Source: Escherichia coli
Lineage (GTDB): Bacteria > Pseudomonadota > Gammaproteobacteria > Enterobacterales > Enterobacteriaceae
DNA: 64,000 nt
Strand: one strand, 5' to 3'
NCBI GenBank assembly: GCA_031701365.1
Contig: GCA_031701365.1_4118.1
Every line of letters begins with the position of its first letter. Positions within the stretch are counted from its first letter, which is position 1. The notes beneath the pieces are model-generated. The model ran no database searches. It was given only the letters and a program-made list of their open reading frames with translations, and was not told the origin of the DNA. The position numbers and the translations under genes are program-made. Positions 1 through 6,527 of the stretch are shown here, in pieces.

Positions 1-88
1 GTATTCCACGCAGTAAGTACGAAAAAAGTAGTTGCCATTGATAGTAAAGTACTGTAATATAGTTTCATTAACTCAAGGAGTCAATACA

Positions 89-673
89 ATGCGTAACTAT
101 ACTAAATTCATCCGTTCACTTCATGCAATGGAAACTAATAAAGAGATCCTTACAGCTTGTCGGTTAGCTGGTCTGGAGATCGTCGGTGCGGGTTCTTCCC
201 GTATTGTATTCGCTTTAAATGATCGGTTAGTGATTAAGGTCGCTAATAGTGATGCTGGCGTAGATCAAAATGAAACTGAATGTAAGGTATGGAATTTTTT
301 AGATTATGACCGTCCGCACCTTAAACAGTACTTTGCAAAGGTGCATATGCATTTATGCGATCCTGATAATCTGTTTATTGTTATGGATCGTTTGAGTATT
401 GCAAGCAAAGGTAGTGCAAAGCACATAACGGCCTGTAATGAATTAAAGTACAATGCTAAACGTAAAACTATTGAACGCCAACACCATTTTGCCGATGCAC
501 TACAACACGTCGATGATACATTATCAACACTAACGATCATTGATATCAGCAAGACGAACATAGGCCAGGATCGCAACGGCTTGATTAAAGTACTTGATTA
601 CGGTTTAACCCGCAATATCTGGAATCAGTACTATAAAAAGCGTGATGTAAAAACCGTAACAATAACACGATAA
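89..673 (+). CDS. putative protein-kinase-fold protein (194 aa)
   Basis: Track ORF 32..673 trimmed to ATG 89 behind AAGGAG SD. Motifs GAGSSRIV (Gly loop), VIKV (Lys), DISKTNIG (D-x-K-x-x-N catalytic loop), LDYG (DFG-like). Confidence 0.55.
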   Translation: MRNYTKFIRSLHAMETNKEILTACRLAGLEIVGAGSSRIVFALNDRLVIKVANSDAGVDQNETECKVWNFLDYDRPHLKQYFAKVHMHLCDPDNLFIVMDRLSIASKGSAKHITACNELKYNAKRKTIERQHHFADALQHVDDTLSTLTIIDISKTNIGQDRNGLIKVLDYGLTRNIWNQYYKKRDVKTVTITR

Positions 674-685
674 AAAAGATTAAAA

Positions 686-715
686 AAGGGATTGACTCAG
701 GTCAGTCCCTTTGCT
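686..715 (+). terminator. rho-independent terminator-like hairpin
   Basis: Stem GGGATTGAC/GTCAGTCCC (one G.U), loop TCAG, followed by TTTGC; directly after the stop at 673. Confidence 0.55.
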
Positions 716-746
716 ATTATATATTCATTGAGAGATAACTCACTGA

Positions 747-770
747 CCCATAGGGTGCGGAAGTGTATCT
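747..770 (+). repeat. conserved intergenic box, copy 1 (CCCAYAGGGTGCRGA...TATCT)
   Basis: 19/24 nt identical to 2666..2689. Both copies lie between a terminator and an early promoter in homologous ~120-bp spacers. Confidence 0.6.
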
Positions 771-814
771 ATTATATAAGTATTCAGTACTGAAAACTAT
801 TTTATAAAAAGTAC

Positions 815-875
815 TTGCATTGTACTTAGAATCAAGTATAATGTTTTATATCGAGAGGGGGAAATGGTTCTCCCT
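815..875 (+). promoter_or_regulatory. early cassette P1: sigma70-type promoter + 5'UTR hairpin
   Basis: -35 TTGCAT 815-820, 16-nt spacer, -10 TATAAT 837-842, upstream AAAAAGTAC. Hairpin AGGGGGAA-ATGG-TTCTCCCT at 856-875. Confidence 0.7.
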
Positions 876-896
876 GGTACATTAAGGAATAAAATC

Positions 897-1118
897 ATGA
901 CTACGATGACTTGCGTTCACGCTTCAAATCTTCTGAATGATGCAGCATTTAAAGCAGGTGAAGAATATCAATGCTATCGGGATGAAAATAAAAAAGTTTT
1001 CGTCGTTGATGCTAACGGTTTCCATATTGAATTACAATCCGGCTTCACTGGTGTTGATGGTAAATCAGTATGGGGCGTACAGGACGATAACGGTACATAT
1101 CATTTTAAACGTAATTAA
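897..1118 (+). CDS. hypothetical small early protein (73 aa)
   Basis: Track ORF 864..1118 begins at an ATG inside the hairpin loop; trimmed to ATG 897 after AAGGAA SD. Confidence 0.7.
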   Translation: MTTMTCVHASNLLNDAAFKAGEEYQCYRDENKKVFVVDANGFHIELQSGFTGVDGKSVWGVQDDNGTYHFKRN

Positions 1119-1121
1119 GTA

Positions 1122-1180
1122 TTGACAAAGTATATCAGTACTGTATAATAGTTTACATCAAGGGGAGAATAGTTCTCCCC
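1122..1180 (+). promoter_or_regulatory. early cassette P2: promoter + 5'UTR hairpin
   Basis: -35 TTGACA 1122-1127, 16-nt spacer containing CAGTACTG, -10 TATAAT 1144-1149. Perfect hairpin GGGGAGAA-TAG-TTCTCCCC at 1162-1180. Confidence 0.75.
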
Positions 1181-1202
1181 ACCAATAAAAGGAAACAAAA
1201 TT

Positions 1203-1475
1203 ATGTCCAGCTACTCCGCTACTATGATTATTAAAGATATGAACGGTAATCCTACTTCTGCTGGTGGATCATTTGGTAACATTAACTTAGATGGTCGGTT
1301 ATCAATTGAATCAGCCATCAATGCCGCGAAAGAAGTTTTTAAGAATGAATGTACTGTAAGCAAGCTGGATTATATGGGCTTCGCTATCGAGAAAACTAAT
1401 CGTTTTGTGGACTACAAAAAACCACTGATGATCGATACTAACCTGAAAGCTAACGAAGTGGAATACTTATTATGA
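1203..1475 (+). CDS. hypothetical protein (90 aa)
   Basis: ATG after AAAGGAA SD, downstream of cassette P2. Confidence 0.75.
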   Translation: MSSYSATMIIKDMNGNPTSAGGSFGNINLDGRLSIESAINAAKEVFKNECTVSKLDYMGFAIEKTNRFVDYKKPLMIDTNLKANEVEYLL

Positions 1476-1663
1476 CAGTAGAAGAAGTTAAAAAAGTACT
1501 GGCAGTACTACGCTATCATAATCATTGTAAGGTGAAGAATGATCCTGATTATCTTGATTCATCGCTGGAAGAGGATACACTACAAGCAATAAGCCATATG
1601 CAAAAAATGCTTAAGCGTATGACCGAAAAGAATAGGCCGGACTATATAGGAAATAAAATTTAA
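1472..1663 (+). CDS. hypothetical protein (63 aa)
   Basis: ATGA start/stop overlap with the upstream gene (translational coupling). Confidence 0.7.
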   Translation: MTVEEVKKVLAVLRYHNHCKVKNDPDYLDSSLEEDTLQAISHMQKMLKRMTEKNRPDYIGNKI

Positions 1664-1670
1664 AAAGTAC

Positions 1671-1727
1671 TTGCATTGTAAGTAAAACAAAGTATAATGT
1701 TTTGCATAGGGGGAGATATCCTCCCCC
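1671..1727 (+). promoter_or_regulatory. early cassette P3: promoter + 5'UTR hairpin
   Basis: -35 TTGCAT 1671-1676, 16-nt spacer, -10 TATAAT 1693-1698. Hairpin GGGGGAG-ATATC-CTCCCCC at 1709-1727. Confidence 0.7.
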
Positions 1728-1746
1728 ACTAATAAGGAGTACTAAA

Positions 1747-1971
1747 ATGGCTAACTTTGATGAACTGATGCGGGAAGTAGCTACCCTGGCAGAAGAGAAG
1801 AAATCATTTGATTCTATCTATAACACCGCTTACAGTGATTCAGTACTGGCATGTACTCAGGATCAAAAAGATGAACTGATCGCCACCTATCATGAAGCAT
1901 GGAAGTATTACCGCCAATGGGAGAAAGAAGAAAGCGAGTCTACCATCAACGGCCTCAATAATCTAATCTAA
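1747..1971 (+). CDS. hypothetical protein (74 aa)
   Basis: Track ORF 1702 (non-ATG start upstream of the hairpin, reading through it) trimmed to ATG 1747 after AAGGAG SD. Confidence 0.75.
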   Translation: MANFDELMREVATLAEEKKSFDSIYNTAYSDSVLACTQDQKDELIATYHEAWKYYRQWEKEESESTINGLNNLI

Positions 1972-1981
1972 AGTTTTATTT

Positions 1982-2011
1982 CAGTACTATTATCATAGCG
2001 TGATAGTACTG
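1982..2011. repeat. inverted repeat CAGTACTAT-N12-ATAGTACTG
   Basis: 9-bp perfect arms at 1982-1990 and 2003-2011, each carrying AGTACT. Lies in the only early intergenic spacer lacking the standard promoter cassette. Confidence 0.6.
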
Positions 2012-2046
2012 TTGTGATAACTTTACTAACTACAAGGGGAAACATA

Positions 2047-2304
2047 ATGGAACAGTTTAAAACGTATCGGGTAAATCCAATCGCCACAGCCTACGTAGAA
2101 GACCATAAAACATTACCAGTACAGACACCAATCAAAGGCCGTATCTATCGTGCTATGCAGTGGAATAACGCCTATAATGGCTATAAAGCGGTATCCGCTG
2201 CAATGTACTTAGGGGATGGCGAATGGTTTGATCCAAATAATCCTGGTGCACTCGATAGTACTGAAAAAATGAAATGGGCCGACTATATCGAAGATATCTC
2301 ATAA
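2047..2304 (+). CDS. hypothetical protein (85 aa)
   Basis: Track ORF 2014 trimmed to ATG 2047 after AAGGGGA SD. Confidence 0.7.
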   Translation: MEQFKTYRVNPIATAYVEDHKTLPVQTPIKGRIYRAMQWNNAYNGYKAVSAAMYLGDGEWFDPNNPGALDSTEKMKWADYIEDIS

Positions 2305-2311
2305 AAACTAT

Positions 2312-2372
2312 TTGACAGTACTACAAGATAATGTATAATGTTTTACATAGAGCGGGGGAATAGTTCTCCCGC
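2312..2372 (+). promoter_or_regulatory. early cassette P4: promoter + 5'UTR hairpin
   Basis: -35 TTGACA 2312-2317, 16-nt spacer, -10 TATAAT 2334-2339. Hairpin GCGGGGGAA-TAG-TTCTCCCGC (one G.U) at 2352-2372. Confidence 0.75.
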
Positions 2373-2392
2373 ACCTTTAGGAGTAAAACATT

Positions 2393-2593
2393 ATGTCAAT
2401 CGCTAACGAATTGGTTGCAGTACTGAATGAAGCAAAAGCCAACTGCATCGATGTACAGATCAAAGAGCTTGGCAATGGCTTGATCGGCTGTACATGTTCA
2501 GTTCAAACGGCTACCGATTATCGGGAAGTGGAATCACTCGAATCACTGGTACGGTATATTAAAATCCTGGTAGAAGATTGGAGAATCATCTAA
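2393..2593 (+). CDS. hypothetical protein (66 aa)
   Basis: ATG after TAGGAG SD; terminator follows. Confidence 0.75.
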   Translation: MSIANELVAVLNEAKANCIDVQIKELGNGLIGCTCSVQTATDYREVESLESLVRYIKILVEDWRII

Positions 2594-2609
2594 CAAAAAA
2601 GAATAAAAA

Positions 2610-2640
2610 AAGGAGTTGACTTCGGTCCGCTCCTTTAGTA
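2610..2640 (+). terminator. rho-independent terminator-like hairpin
   Basis: Stem GGAGTTGAC/GTCCGCTCC (one mismatch, one G.U) with TTCG tetraloop, then TTT. Positional homolog of 686..715. Confidence 0.5.
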
Positions 2641-2665
2641 CTATATACGCATAGACAAAAACTAG

Positions 2666-2689
2666 CCCACAGGGTGCAGAGAAGTATCT
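2666..2689 (+). repeat. conserved intergenic box, copy 2
   Basis: CCCACAGGGTGCAGAGAAGTATCT; 19/24 identical to 747..770. Confidence 0.6.
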
Positions 2690-2766
2690 GTAAGATAGTT
2701 AATAACGGTGAGTAACTATCTGCTGGTGGATGTAATTCCAGTACTCAAAACTATTTCAAAAAAGTA

Positions 2767-2828
2767 TTGACAAAGTATAGCAGTACTGCAATAATGTATC
2801 TCGTAGGGCGGCAATGGTGCGACGGCCC
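2767..2828 (+). promoter_or_regulatory. early cassette P5: promoter + imperfect 5'UTR hairpin
   Basis: -35 TTGACA 2767-2772, 17-nt spacer with CAGTACTG, -10 AATAAT 2790-2795. GGGC...GCCC hairpin at 2806-2828 keeps the AATGG loop but has internal mismatches. Confidence 0.55.
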
Positions 2829-2848
2829 ACAAAGTTAGGAGCTTCATC

Positions 2849-3175
2849 ATGAGTACTTCAATCGCTATCGTTAAAGCTTTCATCCGTACCAATTTCGACC
2901 GCATTACTGTTGATGGTAATGATCGGGAAGTAGAATACTCTTTCATTGTTGCACAAACCGCAAACGGTGCACGCTATATCTTAAACGATAGTGAAGCTAA
3001 CCACTACTTCTATAATAAAGGATTACACTACATCCCTAGCGAAGTAGTCTACACTAAGATGAATAAGCTGGTAGACAAGATTAACGCTAAAGGTACTATC
3101 GATTTACAGTACTGGACCGAAACAGATCCAGAATACGGATCACATCGTTACCTGAATCCAGGTATTAAAATGTAA
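2849..3175 (+). CDS. hypothetical protein (108 aa)
   Basis: ATG after TAGGAG SD, downstream of cassette P5. Confidence 0.75.
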   Translation: MSTSIAIVKAFIRTNFDRITVDGNDREVEYSFIVAQTANGARYILNDSEANHYFYNKGLHYIPSEVVYTKMNKLVDKINAKGTIDLQYWTETDPEYGSHRYLNPGIKM

Positions 3176-3182
3176 AAAGTAC

Positions 3183-3244
3183 TTGCATAGTACTTAGAAT
3201 CAAGTATAATGTTTTACATAGAGAGGGGGAAATGGTTCTCCCTC
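3183..3244 (+). promoter_or_regulatory. early cassette P6: promoter + 5'UTR hairpin (near-duplicate of P1)
   Basis: -35 TTGCAT 3183-3188, 16-nt spacer, -10 TATAAT 3205-3210. Hairpin GAGGGGGAA-ATGG-TTCTCCCTC at 3223-3244. About 90% identical to 806-900 by eye. Confidence 0.75.
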
Positions 3245-3264
3245 CTAAATTAAGGAGTTTTATC

Positions 3265-3666
3265 ATGACCTTCTCAATCACTTCCTTCGCTGACGTTTTA
3301 GTACTGGCTCGGACTTTTGGTAAAGATGCACTGGAGTACGCTGTAAGTAATGGCACTCTCCAACCGGAACAATGCCGCATCATTGGAAACTGTAAACGTT
3401 GGGCGGTATCCAATACTATTGCACTAGAAAACTTCAACGATGGTAACAATGAGTATTCAGTTGATGCAGTATTCGAAGCCGTTGATCTTGGCGGTATCTA
3501 TAACACTAACCTAAATGATGTGCGTATCGTTCGCACGGGGTTCGGTGCTTATGATGTATCTATCCGTGAAGCTATGAACACCGGATACATTAGTAAGGAC
3601 TTACTTGCTCACATCATGCAGCTATGGACGGAACGTAACGAAGCACGCACTATCTTAGGACTATAA
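3265..3666 (+). CDS. hypothetical protein (133 aa)
   Basis: Track ORF 3232 starts at the hairpin-loop ATG; trimmed to ATG 3265 after AAGGAG SD. Confidence 0.75.
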   Translation: MTFSITSFADVLVLARTFGKDALEYAVSNGTLQPEQCRIIGNCKRWAVSNTIALENFNDGNNEYSVDAVFEAVDLGGIYNTNLNDVRIVRTGFGAYDVSIREAMNTGYISKDLLAHIMQLWTERNEARTILGL

Positions 3667-3690
3667 GCATTACACATCACCAAACATCAT

Positions 3691-3710
3691 AGGCCGCTCT
3701 CTAGCGGCCT
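3691..3710 (+). terminator. terminator-like hairpin (no strong U tract)
   Basis: Perfect stem AGGCCGCT/AGCGGCCT with loop CTCT, 25 nt after the stop. Confidence 0.45.
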
Positions 3711-3734
3711 TAACTATATCAGGAGGGCATACAT

Positions 3735-3944
3735 ATGTTCTATACAGTATACAGCGTTCTAGGTACGATTGCTGGCGTACATGATAACGTCGATGATGCT
3801 ATGCGTACAGTACTAACACAAGTCCCCCTCAAGCCTAAGACTGTTAAGCAGATGACAGCACGACTAACCAGGGCGGGCGATGGCGTGGAAGTATGGCAGG
3901 ACTACGGGGATACACAGATAATCGTTAGCGTAACGAAGGATTAA
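3735..3944 (+). CDS. hypothetical protein (69 aa)
   Basis: ATG after AGGAGGG SD. Confidence 0.7.
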   Translation: MFYTVYSVLGTIAGVHDNVDDAMRTVLTQVPLKPKTVKQMTARLTRAGDGVEVWQDYGDTQIIVSVTKD

Positions 3945-3972
3945 TGCGTAAAGGGATCTAGTACTGATTCAG

Positions 3973-4038
3973 AAAAAAGTCAAGGCGTTTTTAAAATTAT
4001 GCGTTAAAAAAATGCATAGGTAATCCCTTGACTTTTTT
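3973..4038. repeat. 13-bp inverted repeat AAAAAAGTCAAGG / CCTTGACTTTTTT
   Basis: Perfect arms at 3973-3985 and 4026-4038 with a 40-nt spacer. Embedded in the 250-bp non-coding spacer, which also has four TAAAGGG-type boxes and three ATGCGT motifs. Confidence 0.6.
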
Positions 4039-4135
4039 GAAATAAAAGGGATTGGACTATGGCAAAATGCGTAGGGGGCTAAAGGGCGGGTAACCTTAGC
4101 GACTTCGATAAAGGGGTATTACGAATAAAATGTTA

Positions 4136-4163
4136 TTGACTTTTTATACAATTCATATATTAT
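4136..4163 (+). promoter_or_regulatory. promoter of the family-A array
   Basis: -35 TTGACT 4136-4141, 16-nt spacer, -10 TATTAT 4158-4163. No other promoter-like site seen until ~9974. Confidence 0.55.
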
Positions 4164-4193
4164 ATGATTGATATTATTTTCAAGGGAGTCCCT

Positions 4194-4391
4194 ATGCGTA
4201 TTTTAACTCAAGCAGAACACCACGAAAGACTTATCAATAACATGGCTATGATAATGTATAAGTCACATGAACGTGGTATTGCCTATAAGCGTGAATTAAT
4301 TATGGCACTATTCATTGGAACTAACTTTCAGGAAAGGTATGTCAAGGATTGGATTTGGTATTTAATTGAAGATGTAACGAGTAAACTATGA
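4194..4391 (+). CDS. family-A small protein (GTNYQ motif), function unknown
   Basis: Track ORF 4164 trimmed to ATG 4194 after AAGGGAG SD; motif LFIGTNFQERYV; C-terminus SKL. Confidence 0.8.
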   Translation: MRILTQAEHHERLINNMAMIMYKSHERGIAYKRELIMALFIGTNFQERYVKDWIWYLIEDVTSKL

Positions 4392-4588
4392 AAATGCGTA
4401 AATTAACCGAAAAAGAATATCAATCACTGTTACGTAAAAACTACGTAAAGATTTACAATACAGACACACACGTAGAACGAATGGAGTTATACCTTTTGAT
4501 TACATTGGGAACTAACTATCAGGATGCATGGGTGATTCAATATATGGATGCATTGAAAAATGAAATATTGTCCACGAGGAAACAATGA
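4388..4588 (+). CDS. family-A small protein, function unknown
   Basis: ATGA overlap; motif LITLGTNYQDAWV. Confidence 0.8.
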   Translation: MKMRKLTEKEYQSLLRKNYVKIYNTDTHVERMELYLLITLGTNYQDAWVIQYMDALKNEILSTRKQ

Positions 4589-4794
4589 AAACTATAACAC
4601 GAACCCAATCATTCGGACTTATCTTGAAATACATGGACTTAATGGTGGATATCAGCAAAGACCTGCCTAAAACTGCAATTGAAGTTGCAAGAGCAGAGAT
4701 CCGCATGTTGGCTGTACTGAACACAAACCATCAGGAAGAGTATGTTGACGATTGGATTCGATTTTTAATAGAAGATATTAAGAGTAAACTATGA
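4585..4794 (+). CDS. family-A small protein, function unknown
   Basis: ATGA overlap; motif LAVLNTNHQEEYV; C-terminus KSKL. Confidence 0.8.
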   Translation: MKTITRTQSFGLILKYMDLMVDISKDLPKTAIEVARAEIRMLAVLNTNHQEEYVDDWIRFLIEDIKSKL

Positions 4795-5003
4795 TTATAT
4801 TAACACCTGAAGAATATAAGAAACGTTTTAAATCTGTCCAGGCTGAAATATTACTTATATACCTTTCAAATGCAGATCTTAACTTATCAAGGGTAATGGA
4901 GAAGGATTTACTTATGGGTGCATTTTTGGATACAGACTTTCAGGAGTATTATGTAGGAGAATACTTTATTGCACTTCAGAACCACATTAAGAGTAAACTA
5001 TGA
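4791..5003 (+). CDS. family-A small protein, function unknown
   Basis: ATGA overlap; motif GAFLDTDFQEYYV; C-terminus KSKL. Confidence 0.8.
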   Translation: MIILTPEEYKKRFKSVQAEILLIYLSNADLNLSRVMEKDLLMGAFLDTDFQEYYVGEYFIALQNHIKSKL

Positions 5004-5215
5004 TTATTCTAGAAAAATCATATCAATATACTGAACGCATCGCTGCCAGACAACTTGAAATCCTCATAATATACGAAGAGACTTCTGATTTAAACTTAGC
5101 CGAGGTATTGGAAAATGAAATACTTTTGGGTGCATTCTTGGGAACAGACTATCAGGAGTATTATGAGGAAAAGTATTTGTCATCTCTTGAGAAATACGTC
5201 AGGAGCAAACTATGA
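5000..5215 (+). CDS. family-A small protein, function unknown
   Basis: ATGA overlap; motif GAFLGTDYQEYYE. Confidence 0.8.
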   Translation: MIILEKSYQYTERIAARQLEILIIYEETSDLNLAEVLENEILLGAFLGTDYQEYYEEKYLSSLEKYVRSKL

Positions 5216-5439
5216 AACATTTAAGTAATATAGAGAAGAATAAAATTATCATTGCTGTAATAAACAAATATTTTACACTTCCACAAAAAGAATGTTTATC
5301 TATAAGGGAACACAGGATAAACACCACCGAGATTCGCATGTTGGCTGTACTGGGGACTAACTTCCAAGAAGGCTATGTTCATGAGCACATCGTTGCACTC
5401 ACTAATTACATAATGGACAAATGTAATGAACATCATTAA
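5212..5439 (+). CDS. family-A small protein, function unknown
   Basis: ATGA overlap; motif LAVLGTNFQEGYV. Confidence 0.8.
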   Translation: MKHLSNIEKNKIIIAVINKYFTLPQKECLSIREHRINTTEIRMLAVLGTNFQEGYVHEHIVALTNYIMDKCNEHH

Positions 5440-5650
5440 TAACTTTGAATACGAGGCCCGTGCTAAGAGTGCCAGAAAAAAAGAGAACACCATTTACTTC
5501 ACTATGATGTACTTACAATGGACTGAGATTGAAGAAAAGGTTGCTGAAGTATGGATGTTGGAATTCATGGGGACGCAGTATCAGAATAGGTTTGCGGGTG
5601 AGTATATCAATGTTCTTATGAAACAAATAGAAAGAAAGGAAAAGAACTAA
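5426..5650 (+). CDS. family-A small protein, function unknown
   Basis: Motif LEFMGTQYQNRFA. Confidence 0.8.
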   Translation: MNIINNFEYEARAKSARKKENTIYFTMMYLQWTEIEEKVAEVWMLEFMGTQYQNRFAGEYINVLMKQIERKEKN

Positions 5651-5808
5651 TGGTTTTCATTAACATATCTGACCAACTCGATACTAAACTAAAAGTCGAG
5701 AAGAGTGAGGGATGGATGCTGTACTTTCTTGGAACTTCTCATCAGAATTTTTATATCCATGAACACATAGTTGCACTCACAAATCTAATAAGGGATAAAT
5801 GCAAATGA
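5650..5808 (+). CDS. family-A small protein (52 aa, below ORF-track cutoff)
   Basis: Read by hand: TAATG overlap at 5650, MVFINISDQLDTKLKVEKSEGWMLYFLGTSHQNFYIHEHIVALTNLIRDKCK, stop TGA 5806-5808. Confidence 0.7.
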   Translation: MVFINISDQLDTKLKVEKSEGWMLYFLGTSHQNFYIHEHIVALTNLIRDKCK

Positions 5809-6062
5809 AACACTTAACACAAGATGAATATTCACTTAGAATTCGAAAGCTCACCCCAGAAGCAAGAGTAATCTACGATGACGATGCACTTTCATGGAAC
5901 GAGATGAAAGTTAAAGTTCATGAGCTATGGTTGCTGTACTTTGTGGGAACCCAATATCAAGAGAAATATTGTACCGATTATCTTGAACAACTAATGGATC
6001 TTATACAGATAAAACTAAATGAACGAATTGTGGAAAAATATGAAAACTTTATCAAGCACTGA
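5805..6062 (+). CDS. family-A small protein, function unknown
   Basis: ATGA overlap at 5805 (track start 5799 also possible); motif LYFVGTQYQEKYC. C-terminus extended past the usual IKL end by a 1-nt difference at ~6015. Confidence 0.75.
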   Translation: MKHLTQDEYSLRIRKLTPEARVIYDDDALSWNEMKVKVHELWLLYFVGTQYQEKYCTDYLEQLMDLIQIKLNERIVEKYENFIKH

Positions 6063-6291
6063 GTATCAAACTGCCCTCTTCTCCCTTCTAAACACTCTCC
6101 GCACGAACAATAAACTTTATAATTCCCGTGAAGCTGATATTGTCAACGGTGAACTTTATCTTATGAAATTCATTGGAACAAACTATCAAGATCTGTTCAT
6201 TCAACGATACCTGGCAGCATTGAGAAACGAAATATCAGATAAAACCCGCCAAGCCAGAAGAGAATGGAAGAAACAATGCGACAAAGACTAA
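6040..6291 (+). CDS. family-A small protein, function unknown
   Basis: Family-typical N-terminus MKTLSSTEY at 6040 (track start 6019 possible); motif MKFIGTNYQDLFI. Confidence 0.7.
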   Translation: MKTLSSTEYQTALFSLLNTLRTNNKLYNSREADIVNGELYLMKFIGTNYQDLFIQRYLAALRNEISDKTRQARREWKKQCDKD

Positions 6292-6527
6292 ATCACAAAA
6301 TGTATTGTAAACTATTACAGAATCTGGGACAAAAACACTATGATACAGTATCTGAAATATTACCCTATGATATCATGCGTTTAATTCATAGTGAGGCAGA
6401 GATGCTTGTACTGATGACAGGCACTGATAAAACAGCAATTACCAAATCTATAGATATGTTCATCGATGCACACTGCCAACACATTAGAACCGAGATATGG
6501 AGACGTGAGAATGAAAATCCTGACTGA
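6264..6527 (+). CDS. family-A small protein, divergent copy
   Basis: Motif position reads LVLMTGTDKTAIT; alternative start 6276 (MRQRL). Confidence 0.65.
   Translation: MEETMRQRLNHKMYCKLLQNLGQKHYDTVSEILPYDIMRLIHSEAEMLVLMTGTDKTAITKSIDMFIDAHCQHIRTEIWRRENENPD

Noticed and set aside
864-3264. ORF-track start codons at 864, 1702 and 3232.
   Set aside because: The starts at 864 and 3232 fall inside the loop of the conserved 5'UTR hairpins. The start at 1702 lies just upstream of the hairpin stem, so that ORF reads through it. All three lack an SD. A canonical AAGGAG-type SD with an in-frame ATG lies 33-45 nt downstream in each case.
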